DNA of 24,000 bases from Roseibium litorale (GTDB lineage: Bacteria > Pseudomonadota > Alphaproteobacteria > Rhizobiales > Stappiaceae): positions 569,887 to 593,886 of the forward strand of contig NZ_JACYXI010000001.1 in the NCBI RefSeq assembly GCF_014842915.1. Reading direction: 5' to 3'. This document shows, piece after piece, positions 15,762 through 23,630 of this stretch. The notes below the pieces were generated by a model. That model searched no databases. It was not told where the DNA came from and saw nothing but the letters and a program-made list of their open reading frames with translations. A program made the position numbers and the translations under genes. The first letter of the stretch is position 1. Each line of letters opens with the position of its first letter.

Positions 15762-15837
15762 TGGTGGGTGCACGGGGATTCGAACCCAGGACCGTCTGAT
15801 TAAGAGTCAGATGCTCTACCAACTGAGCTATACACCC
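15762..15837 (-). tRNA. tRNA-Lys (anticodon CTT), 76 nt with encoded CCA
   Basis: The reverse complement GGGTGTATAGCTCAGTTGGTAGAGCATCTGACTCTTAATCAGACGGTCCTGGGTTCGAATCCCCGTGCACCCACCA folds as a cloverleaf. It has a 7-bp acceptor stem (one T:G pair), a GCTC/GAGC D stem, a TCTGA/TCAGA anticodon stem, the loop CT-CTT-AA and a TTCGAAT T loop. There is one T:C mismatch in the T stem. Confidence 0.93.
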
Positions 15838-16104
15838 ACATCCGCATTTGGCGGAGAGACCGCCGCGCCGCAACGCGTCGATGGGCGGTGTATATAATCG
15901 CCTTTCCGGGAACGCAATCCCTTTCCCGATTTTTTTCCGGGCTAATTTCTTCCTGGCCTCCAACTTCCGGAAAAATCATTGGAGTTCCCTGCAATTTCAA
16001 GTATCTGGAAGATGCCTATCCCCTTGGGGATAACCGGCAGGAAATCAGTCAGGGTAATTTTCAAAAAGCCCTCCGCCAAAATTTGTAACTTTTGCAATTT
16101 TGGT

Positions 16105-16133
16105 CTTGACCACATCCAATCCCCTGACTAGGT
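16105..16133 (+). promoter_or_regulatory. Putative sigma-70 promoter of the ilv leader/ilvIH operon
   Basis: CTTGAC (16105-16110), N17, CTAGGT (16128-16133), compared with the alphaproteobacterial consensus CTTGAC-N17-CTATAT. Located about 100 nt upstream of the leader peptide ATG. Confidence 0.4.
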
Positions 16134-16234
16134 TGCGACGCATTCAAGGTGGGTGGAAACACACCGCCGTCACTCACTCCTTATCTGCTGTCCGGCAGAT
16201 AAGGATTTTCAGGTATCAGGGAAACAGAACGGCC

Positions 16235-16291
16235 ATGGCCCGCACTGCTCTCATTCTAGTAGTAGGAAAGCGCACCGCCGGAATGGGTTGA
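16235..16291 (+). CDS. Putative ilv leader peptide MARTALILVVGKRTAGMG (18 aa)
   Basis: Short ORF with a run of five branched-chain codons (ctc att cta gta gta), three of them A/T-ending in a GC-rich genome. Its stop TGA (16289-16291) lies in the loop of a hairpin, and a terminator follows at 16321-16344. The SD is weak. Confidence 0.5.
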   Translation: MARTALILVVGKRTAGMG

Positions 16292-16320
16292 CCCATTCGG
16301 AACAGGCTGGTGCGCACACA

Positions 16321-16344
16321 AGCTCCCGACGGGGGCTTTTTTTG
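16321..16344 (+). terminator. Attenuator-type intrinsic terminator upstream of ilvI
   Basis: AGCTCCC (16321-16327) and GGGGGCT (16331-16337) form a 7-bp stem (one T:G pair) with loop GAC, followed by T7 (16338-16344). It sits 177 nt upstream of the ilvI ATG and downstream of the leader ORF. Confidence 0.7.
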
Positions 16345-16521
16345 TATCTCCAGCCTGCCCTTTTGCCAGACCGGCGCAAGCCGGGCACGACAACCGGCCC
16401 GCACCCCAAGGCTTCCGGAGAGAAGCTTTAGGGCGCGGGCCAAAGCCCCGCCGGAAAAGCCGGCAACGTGAGAAAGCTAGCTTGGGATGCCCCCAAGACC
16501 GAAAAGCAAGGAACCTCGAGA

Positions 16522-18297
16522 ATGACACGGGAGATGACCGGCGCCGAGATGGTGATCCAGGCGCTGAAAGACCAGGGAGTTGATACGGTATTCGGCTACC
16601 CGGGCGGCGCAGTGCTTCCCATCTACGACGAAATCATTCAGCAGGACGGCCTTGAGCATATTCTTGTGCGCCACGAGCAGGGTGCCGGTCATGCCGCCGA
16701 AGGCTATGCCCGCTCGACCGGCAAGCCAGGCGTCGTTCTCGTCACCTCGGGCCCCGGCGCGACCAACATGGTCACCGCGCTTGCCGATGCCATGATGGAC
16801 AGCATTCCGCTTGTCTGCATCACCGGTCAGACCGCAACGCACCTGATCGGCACAGACGCCTTCCAGGAATGCGACACCGTCGGCATCACGCGCCCCTGCA
16901 CCAAGCACAATTGGCTGGTCCGCAACGTCGACGATCTCGCCCGCATTCTCCATGAAGCCTTCTATGTCGCGACCTCCGGCCGTCCGGGCCCGGTCGTCGT
17001 CGACATTCCGAAGGACGTCCAGTTCGCCACCGGCACCTATCACGGCCCGACGGCCAACCCGTCCGCAGCACACAAGAGCTACCGGCCACAGCTGAAGGGA
17101 GATGCCCAGGCAATCCGTGCCGCTGTCGAACTGATGGCAAGCGCCAGGAAGCCCGTGTTCTACACCGGCGGCGGCGTCATCAACTCCGGCCCGCAGGCCA
17201 CCCAGCTTCTGCGCGAGCTGGTCAGCCTGACCGGGTTCCCGATCACGTCCACTCTAATGGGCCTCGGCGCCTATCCGGCCAGCGGTGACAACTGGCTCGG
17301 CATGCTGGGCATGCACGGCACCTATGAAGCCAACATGACCATGCATGACTGCGATGTCATGGTCTGCATTGGCGCCCGCTTCGATGACCGCATCACCGGC
17401 CGTCTGGATGCCTTCGCACCTCACGCCACCAAGATCCACATCGACATCGACCCCTCTTCCATCAACAAGAACGTCAAGGTCGACCTGCCGATCATCGGTG
17501 ACGTCGCCCATGTTCTGGAAGACATGGTCCGCATTTGGCGAACCTCTTCGCTGAAGGCGGATCCGGCTGCGATGAAGGCCTGGTGGGAGCAGATCAACCA
17601 CTGGCGCGCGCGCAACTCGCTGGCCTACAAGCCGAACAGCGACATCATCATGCCGCAATATGCGATCCAGCGCCTTTATGAGCTGACCAAAAACCGCAAG
17701 ACATTCATCTCGACCGAAGTTGGTCAACACCAGATGTGGGCGGCCCAGTTCTATGGCTTCGAAGCTCCGAACCATTGGCTGACCTCCGGCGGCCTCGGCA
17801 CCATGGGCTATGGCCTGCCGGCTGCCATCGGCGCGCAGGTTGCCCACCGCGACGCGCTCTGCATCGACATTGCTGGCGATGCCTCGATCCTGATGAACAT
17901 TCAGGAAATGTCGACCGCCGTTCAGTTCGGCCTGCCGGTCAAGGTGTTCATCCTGAACAACCAGTACATGGGCATGGTGCGCCAGTGGCAGCAGCTCCTG
18001 CATGGCAACCGCCTGTCCCATTCCTACACCGACAGCCTGCCGGACTTCGTCAAGCTGGCCGATGCCTATGGCGGGGTCGGCTTCCGGGTGGAAAAGCCGG
18101 GCGATCTGGATGGTGCCATTGAGGAAATGATCGCGGTCGACAAGCCGGTGCTGTTTGACTGCCGCGTGGCGAACCTCGCCAACTGCTTCCCGATGATCCC
18201 CTCGGGCAAGGCGCACAATGAAATGCTGCTTCCGGACGAGGCCACCGATGAAGCCGTGGCCAATGCCATCGACGATGCTGGCCGCACTCTGGTGTAA
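16522..18297 (+). CDS. ilvI: Acetolactate synthase (acetohydroxyacid synthase) large catalytic subunit
   Basis: MTREMTGAEMVIQALKDQGVDTVFGYPGGAVLPIYD is followed by TSGPGATN and the ThDP motif GLGTMGYGLPAAIGAQ...GDASILMNIQE. I prefer the ATG at 16522 to the ORF-track start at 16468. Confidence 0.96.
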   Translation: MTREMTGAEMVIQALKDQGVDTVFGYPGGAVLPIYDEIIQQDGLEHILVRHEQGAGHAAEGYARSTGKPGVVLVTSGPGATNMVTALADAMMDSIPLVCITGQTATHLIGTDAFQECDTVGITRPCTKHNWLVRNVDDLARILHEAFYVATSGRPGPVVVDIPKDVQFATGTYHGPTANPSAAHKSYRPQLKGDAQAIRAAVELMASARKPVFYTGGGVINSGPQATQLLRELVSLTGFPITSTLMGLGAYPASGDNWLGMLGMHGTYEANMTMHDCDVMVCIGARFDDRITGRLDAFAPHATKIHIDIDPSSINKNVKVDLPIIGDVAHVLEDMVRIWRTSSLKADPAAMKAWWEQINHWRARNSLAYKPNSDIIMPQYAIQRLYELTKNRKTFISTEVGQHQMWAAQFYGFEAPNHWLTSGGLGTMGYGLPAAIGAQVAHRDALCIDIAGDASILMNIQEMSTAVQFGLPVKVFILNNQYMGMVRQWQQLLHGNRLSHSYTDSLPDFVKLADAYGGVGFRVEKPGDLDGAIEEMIAVDKPVLFDCRVANLANCFPMIPSGKAHNEMLLPDEATDEAVANAIDDAGRTLV

Positions 18298-18310
18298 GGA
18301 CGACAGGACC

Positions 18311-18886
18311 ATGAACGCAAAGCTAAACCCCACCGCGCCGTCCGTCTATTTCATGGCCGACGTCAGCGACAAGGTCGAAACTCACACCCTATCGGTGCTC
18401 GTCGACAACGAGCCGGGTGTTCTCGCCCGGGTCATCGGCCTCTTCTCCGGCCGGGGCTACAACATCGACAGCCTGACCGTGTCGGAAACCGAGCATGAGC
18501 GGCACCTGTCGCGCATCACCATCGTCACAACCGGAACGCCGATGGTGATCGAGCAGATCCGCCACCAGCTGGACCGTCTGGTGCCTGTCCACCGGGTGAC
18601 GGACCTGACCGTGGAAGCCCAGCTGGCCAATCAGGACAAGCCGCTCGAGCGCGAACTGGCTTTGGTCAAGGTAGCAGGCAATGGCGAGAACCGTCTGGAA
18701 GCCCTGCGCCTGGGAGATGCCTTCCGCGCCACCGTGATCGATGCCACGACGGAGCATTTCGTCTTTGAGATCACGGGCCGCACCTCCAAGATCGAGCAGT
18801 TCATCAACATCATGAAACCGCTCGGCCTTGTCGAAGTCTCCCGCACCGGCGTCGCCGCCCTGCAAAGGGGCGCTGAAGGGCTGTAA
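18311..18886 (+). CDS. ilvH: Acetolactate synthase small (regulatory) subunit
   Basis: The ACT-domain start HTLSVLVDNEPGVLARVIGLFSGRGYNIDSLTV is present, followed by a C-terminal ALS_ss_C-like part. The ATG at 18311 lies 13 nt after the ilvI stop. The ORF-track start at 18218 overlaps ilvI. Confidence 0.95.
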   Translation: MNAKLNPTAPSVYFMADVSDKVETHTLSVLVDNEPGVLARVIGLFSGRGYNIDSLTVSETEHERHLSRITIVTTGTPMVIEQIRHQLDRLVPVHRVTDLTVEAQLANQDKPLERELALVKVAGNGENRLEALRLGDAFRATVIDATTEHFVFEITGRTSKIEQFINIMKPLGLVEVSRTGVAALQRGAEGL

Positions 18887-18914
18887 GGTCGTCACAAAAG
18901 GCCTGAAAACAAGC

Positions 18915-18953
18915 GAAGCCCGCTGTGAGCCTTCACAGCGGGCTTCTTCTTTT
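18915..18953 (+). terminator. Intrinsic terminator after ilvH
   Basis: GAAGCCCGCTGTGA (18915-18928) and TCACAGCGGGCTTC (18933-18946) form a perfect 14-bp stem with loop GCCT, followed by TTCTTTT. Confidence 0.9.
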
Positions 18954-19349
18954 GGCCACAAGCGCATTCTCTCCTTGCTCCGCCTCACGTCGGTACATCC
19001 TTTTCCTCATACGCCAGAGCTCGTACACAGGCTTCACAGTGTCTTGCGCGGATATCTTGTGATTGTCACGGCGGGCAAGCCGAAGAGTGCCGTCGCGGTT
19101 TCCTGCCCGGAATTGCGATCATCATATCGGCAAAGCCTATCCAAAGATCGGTCACGGGCAGTCAAATGCATTCATTTTTGCAGTCATTTATTGTATGATC
19201 TGACGCACAGATGAGCCCGTCGCACTGAACAGGTGCAGCGGGCAGACAGGTGTCTGGGCTGCAGGACAGGTTATTGGCACTGAGCGCAGATGACAAAATT
19301 GAAGGCAATACGATACAAACGGTTGCCCCACAATGAGTGCAACGGTCTC

Positions 19350-20747
19350 ATGAGTATTTGGACGCCGGATTTCTCCGGAAGCATGGCTCCCCGCTATCAA
19401 GCGATAGCCGACAGCATCGAAACAGACGTTCAGTCCGGCAAACTCAAGGCAGGAGATCGTTTGCCGCCCCAGCGCCAACTGGCTGCCAGAATCGGCATCG
19501 ACTTTACAACCGTTGCCCGCGGCTACGCGGAAGCACGCAAGCGCGGCATCATCGATTCCCAGGTCGGCAGGGGCACGTTTGTCACCAAGCGCGTCGAAAT
19601 CCAGTCAATCACCGTTAAGGACCGGCCTGACCCGCGGCGTGAAGGCTTTGCAGACTATTCCATGAACATGCCGCCGGACCCGGATGATCCGGAGCTAATC
19701 AAGCGCATGAAGGAGGGCCTCGCGACCGTTTCCTCCAACATTCTCACCTTGCTCCGCTATCAGGAATTCGGCGGCTCCGGCGTCGACAAGGAGGCCGCAA
19801 CGACCTGGCTAAGCCGCCGGGGGCTTGTTCCTTCCCTGGAGCGGATGTTCATTACGCCCGGCGCCCACCCTGCCCTGCTCGCAATCTTGAGCACGCTTGC
19901 GGCACCTGGAGACGAGATCCTGAGCGAGGCCGTCACCTATCCGGGGATCCGGTCAATTGCCGCTCAGCTGCGCCTCACCTTGACGGGCATATCCATGGAC
20001 AAGATGGGCATTCTGCCGGAAGCTCTTGAGGAGAAATGCCGCGCTGGAACGCCAAAAGCGCTCTATCTCAATCCGACCTTGCAGAATCCAACGACCATAA
20101 CCGTACCAGTCGAACGCCGGCAGCAGCTTTGCGCCATTGCGCAGAAATACGGCCTGCCAATCCTGGAAGATGACGCCTATGGCTTCATGCCTGTGCGTAC
20201 GCCGGCGCCCTTCGCGGCACTGGCTCCCAACCTGACATGGCACATCGGCGGCGTCGCCAAATGCTTAGGCGCGGGCCTGCGCCTTGCCTACGTCGTCGCT
20301 CCGGACACAAAAGCCGCCTGGCCATTTGTTGGGGCGATGCGCGCTTCCTCGGTCATGGCATCGCCGCTGACCATTGCCCTTGCCACCCGCTGGATCGAAG
20401 ACGGTACGGCGGACGCCATCCTGCATTTCGTCCGCGAGGAAACCGCAGCCAGACAGGAAATCGCGCGTCAAATCCTGCCGGAAGGCAGCTTCCGGTCAGA
20501 TGCCCTGAGCTTCAATCTGTGGCTCAAGCTGCCCCATGGCTGGACCAGAGCGGGCTTGTCCAGCCACATGCGGACATCCGGCATCGGCGTGGTGGAGAGC
20601 GATGCATTCACCGTCGCGGGGCCGCCGCAAGAAGCGGTCCGCGTGTGTCTGGGAGGACCGGTCAAACGGGAAAAACTCCGGAGCACCCTGGAATTCATGG
20701 CGCACGCAATCGAGAATTCTCCGGAAATGGCATCTGCCTTCTTCTAG
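19350..20747 (+). CDS. MocR/PdxR-like regulator (GntR-type wHTH fused to an aminotransferase-like PLP domain)
   Basis: The N-terminus MSIWTPDFSG...YQAIADSIETDVQSGKLKAGDRLPPQRQLAARIGIDFTTVARGY is typical of the MocR subfamily. A ~350-aa fold-type-I aminotransferase-like domain follows (YLNPTLQNPTT, LEDDAY). The start could be 19290, but 19350 fits the family N-terminus. Confidence 0.88.
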   Translation: MSIWTPDFSGSMAPRYQAIADSIETDVQSGKLKAGDRLPPQRQLAARIGIDFTTVARGYAEARKRGIIDSQVGRGTFVTKRVEIQSITVKDRPDPRREGFADYSMNMPPDPDDPELIKRMKEGLATVSSNILTLLRYQEFGGSGVDKEAATTWLSRRGLVPSLERMFITPGAHPALLAILSTLAAPGDEILSEAVTYPGIRSIAAQLRLTLTGISMDKMGILPEALEEKCRAGTPKALYLNPTLQNPTTITVPVERRQQLCAIAQKYGLPILEDDAYGFMPVRTPAPFAALAPNLTWHIGGVAKCLGAGLRLAYVVAPDTKAAWPFVGAMRASSVMASPLTIALATRWIEDGTADAILHFVREETAARQEIARQILPEGSFRSDALSFNLWLKLPHGWTRAGLSSHMRTSGIGVVESDAFTVAGPPQEAVRVCLGGPVKREKLRSTLEFMAHAIENSPEMASAFF

Positions 20748-20864
20748 AGACGGCCAGCCCTCAGCTCTGTTTTCACCCGCAAGCGCCTCATGCCAGGGGC
20801 CTGCGTCAGTTTGCGCTTTGAATTGAATGCATTCTTTTCTTAAATTGCCTGCATACAATTCAAG

Positions 20865-21266
20865 ATGAGAACTACCATGACCACAGAAGCACACTGGCCG
20901 CCCCTCTCTCCGATCCAAACCGGGCTGCGGTGCCGCTGCCCCCGCTGCGGAGAAGGGCACATCTTCAACGGCTTCCTGAAACTCAAGCCCAAATGTGAAA
21001 TGTGCGGCCTCGACTTCAGTTACGCAGATCCGGCCGACGGGCCAGCGTTCTTTGTCATCTGTTTTGGTTGTATCCCGGCTGTCATTTTCGCTTTGTGGCT
21101 GGAGGTCTATTACACGGCGCCTTACTGGGTGCATCTGTTCACAACACTTCCGCTGATCCTTTTGACCTGCATTCCGCCGCTGCGGCCCCTCAAGGGCTGG
21201 CTTGTTGCAAGCCAGTATTTCTACAAGGCCGCAGAAGGCCAGCTCGTCACCGATAAGGACGCCTGA
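20865..21266 (+). CDS. DUF983-family small membrane protein
   Basis: The zinc-ribbon-like motif CPRCGEGHIFNGFLKLKPKCEMCGLDF is followed by DGPAFFV and two hydrophobic helices, an architecture typical of alphaproteobacterial DUF983. The start is 20865 or 20877. Confidence 0.8.
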   Translation: MRTTMTTEAHWPPLSPIQTGLRCRCPRCGEGHIFNGFLKLKPKCEMCGLDFSYADPADGPAFFVICFGCIPAVIFALWLEVYYTAPYWVHLFTTLPLILLTCIPPLRPLKGWLVASQYFYKAAEGQLVTDKDA

Positions 21267-21515
21267 GCTGGCACCATGACCCAAAAAACAAACAAAGCCC
21301 GCTGCGAAACCATCACGGCAGGCTTTCTTGCGGCAGTCCCGATTTGCGCAAACATGTGATGCACGGCACTGTTCCTGCCCGCGTCCCATGTCAAATCTTC
21401 ATTGCTCCCGGCGGGCCCGATTGCCGGGCTCCCGGCTGATCGCCTCACCAAAGGTCCGGTCAGCCGCAGGGAGCAGGCAGCCAGAAGAGGCTGCGTTCCT
21501 GAAGAAGAGACGATC

Positions 21516-22334
21516 ATGACTTTTGAAGTCGATATTTACTTGTCCCGCCTCGGTCTCGGCGCCTTGTCCACGACCGAGGAAGACCTGCACATGCTGCAGA
21601 CACGCCAGATGCAGGCGATTGCCTTCGAGAACATCGCGCCGCTGCTCGGCACCGTACCAGACCTTACACCCGGCGCTGTTTGGCAGAAGCTGGTCCTGGA
21701 GGGGCAAGGCGGTTATTGCATGGAGCAGAATACACTCCTCGGCGCAGCCTTGACGGCCTTCGGGTTCGAGCACCGCCCCATTCTGGCGCGGGTGCGCATG
21801 GGAGGCCCCTCGGGCGGTCCCCGCTCGCATCTGGCCTTTGTCGTGCGTCTGAGAGGAACCGGCTGGCTCGTGGATGCCGGATTTGGCGGCCCCGGTCCGC
21901 GTGCGCCCCTCAAAATCGAAACCGGCACGGAACAGACACTGCTGCGCGAAACGTTCCGGTTCAGGGATGATATGGCCGCCGGCGAGATTGTTCTGGAGCG
22001 CAAGACCCCGGAGGGCTGGTTCCCGCTGTTCGGCTTCGATGACATGCTGCCGGTCCAGTCGGACATAGAGATGTCCAACTTCTACTGCGCGCGCTCGCCG
22101 CAATCCCCGTTCCCGTCCAACCTGATGATGGCCCGCACAACCGGCAGCGGACGCGTGAGCCTGTTCAACCGGACCCTGCGCCAGGAAAACAGCTTCGGAG
22201 TGACAACCAAGGAACTGGAGGATGCAACCGCGCTCCACCGCGCCCTCTCCGGCAGTTTCCTTCTGTCCTATGGGCTGGAAACCGCCGAAGCCATCTGGGC
22301 CCGTCTGCCTCTCGAGTCCTCGCAAGCCGCCTGA
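21516..22334 (+). CDS. Arylamine N-acetyltransferase (NAT family)
   Basis: The N-terminus MTFEVDIYLSRLGL, FENI and the catalytic-Cys motif GGYCMEQN are present, and the length (272 aa) is typical. I prefer the ATG at 21516; the ORF-track start at 21402 adds an Arg/Pro-rich extension. Confidence 0.88.
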   Translation: MTFEVDIYLSRLGLGALSTTEEDLHMLQTRQMQAIAFENIAPLLGTVPDLTPGAVWQKLVLEGQGGYCMEQNTLLGAALTAFGFEHRPILARVRMGGPSGGPRSHLAFVVRLRGTGWLVDAGFGGPGPRAPLKIETGTEQTLLRETFRFRDDMAAGEIVLERKTPEGWFPLFGFDDMLPVQSDIEMSNFYCARSPQSPFPSNLMMARTTGSGRVSLFNRTLRQENSFGVTTKELEDATALHRALSGSFLLSYGLETAEAIWARLPLESSQAA

Positions 22335-22386
22335 AAAGCGGCGGCAAACCGGCTCCGCACGGAGAAAACAAAACCCCATCGGCACC

Positions 22387-22420
22387 TGACCCGCTGCGAG
22401 CGATTGCAGCGGGTCATTTC
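22387..22420 (+). terminator. Intrinsic terminator after the NAT gene
   Basis: TGACCCGCTGC (22387-22397) and GCAGCGGGTCA (22406-22416) form a perfect 11-bp stem with an 8-nt loop, followed by TTTCAT. Confidence 0.75.
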
Positions 22421-22855
22421 ATGTCCCCTAAAAGCCTCCCGGGCAGATGTCTTTCCGGCACGGATAGGGAGAGATTTTCGGCCCACCCCACGCCGTCCTC
22501 CACCCCGCCGGGACCTCACCGCTCCGCCCGGCAAACGCGGTCTTTCCGCTGTGAGAGGTCACGGCATGGGTGCCATGGTCAAGCCATGGCAGGACGAAGA
22601 AGGAGAGGATTTTCGCTTGTGGCAGCTGCTGCAACGGTCAGCTTGGCGGCTTTCTCGCAAAGTCCTCCCCACGGTCATTCCCGGCTCGACCGCGGACCCA
22701 CTCAGTTCCAGAGCAGGGCTGCCGTGGATGACGCTGATGTTAAGCCTCTATGCTTCCCGCCATCCCGTCTCGACCTTGAACCGGGACCTACCCTCAAGAT
22801 GCATCAGAATAGCTATCCCGGATCTTTGCTGCGCCACGTCCGGATAGTCACACGC

Positions 22856-23200
22856 TCAATCCGCTAAGTTCTTTTTACAAGCGAAACATGCTTCGCCAGG
22901 ATGGTCTTCATACGCCTCCTTAAGCAGGTCGGTATACTCGCGCGCGGTCATATCAGCAGCCCAAGGAACTGGCCCATTAACGCCGCGGTTTCGGTCGTTC
23001 ATCACCTGCTTGTAGAAGTCATCTTCCAAGTCCCATGCCGCTCCACCATAAATAGTACCGTGGCCTTCGCAGCTTTCCAACCTTCCGATGCTCACCAGGT
23101 AAGATGCTGCCATGGCCAAAACTTCGCCATGCCTCATCATTGCTTCATTAGCTCCACCCATCTTGCCGTCCCTTCCCAAAAGATAGCGTAAGTAATCCAA
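22856..23200 (-). CDS. Hypothetical protein (114 aa) in a lower-GC patch
   Basis: This is the only clean ORF in a stretch of roughly 48% GC (two 60-nt lines at 23221-23340 counted by eye, adjacent to this ORF). The composition is balanced and not Arg/Pro-rich like spurious high-GC ORFs. No family recognised, and the start is uncertain (Met1 or Met14). Confidence 0.5.
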   Translation of the reverse strand: MDYLRYLLGRDGKMGGANEAMMRHGEVLAMAASYLVSIGRLESCEGHGTIYGGAAWDLEDDFYKQVMNDRNRGVNGPVPWAADMTAREYTDLLKEAYEDHPGEACFACKKNLAD

Positions 23201-23630
23201 TCGTGCTCTATTCCATATGAGAGCTCGTCATTCCCAAAACAAGGTCACGTCGTCGGAATCGATTATCTATCAGGAGTGATATGCATCCTCTAACCCACGA
23301 AGTTTTGAAATTCTGCCCGTTTAAATCTGCCTGGCAGCCCCTCAATGCGCAGTCCAGGGTAAGTCCAACTCCAAACGCGTTTCAGATGGCAGGTTTTCGG
23401 CTCCAGAAGTTTAACAAGAATGACCACAACGCAGTCGAATGCTGTCGATCACTTCTGATCCTGCAATAAATATTCGTTATCGCGGCTAGGACATAGTTTG
23501 CCCCCTCCCTCCCTCATTTCCCGCCCCTCCCCTTGCCGCCACAGGCCTCCCGGCGTATAGGACACGCGCAAGCGGGCGCCTGCCGTCTGCACCTGAAATC
23601 CGCTGCGATGTTTGAAAAGGTCACCAAGCC

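Noticed and set aside
11489-15837. Hypothesis that the reb/sigma/acyltransferase block is a genomic island integrated at the 3' end of tRNA-Lys(CTT).
   Set aside because: No integrase or recombinase ORF is present. I could not find by eye a partial direct repeat of the tRNA 3' end to the left. GC and codon usage of the block look like the surrounding genes. Comparative genomics would be needed to exclude the idea, so it is kept only as a low-interest question.
15762-15837. The T:C mismatch in the T stem of tRNA-Lys as a sign of a tRNA pseudogene.
   Set aside because: All other stems, the conserved loop sequences, the anticodon loop and the encoded CCA are intact. A single T-stem mismatch is compatible with a functional tRNA.
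16037-16052. 7-2-7 inverted repeat TATCCCC-TT-GGGGATA about 55 nt upstream of the putative ilv -35 element, as a possible operator.
   Set aside because: About one such 7-bp-arm inverted repeat per spacer length is expected by chance in this window, and there is no second copy or supporting context.
21360-21385. TGCAC-N16-GCGTC upstream of the NAT gene as a fifth motif copy.
   Set aside because: The -35-like part does not match TCAC (there is an inserted G), and the site is about 130 nt from the start codon. It is too weak to include.
22404-22867. Two overlapping + strand ORFs of 147 and 148 aa downstream of the NAT terminator.
   Set aside because: They begin inside or at the terminator hairpin, are Arg/Pro/Ser-rich and occupy two frames over the same DNA. 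I cannot support either as a gene. The region is reported as a finding instead.
23281-23469. 62-aa + strand ORF with AGGAG 4 nt upstream.
   Set aside because: The SD spacing is very short, there are no recognisable motifs and the composition is odd. It is mentioned only within the lower-GC-patch finding.
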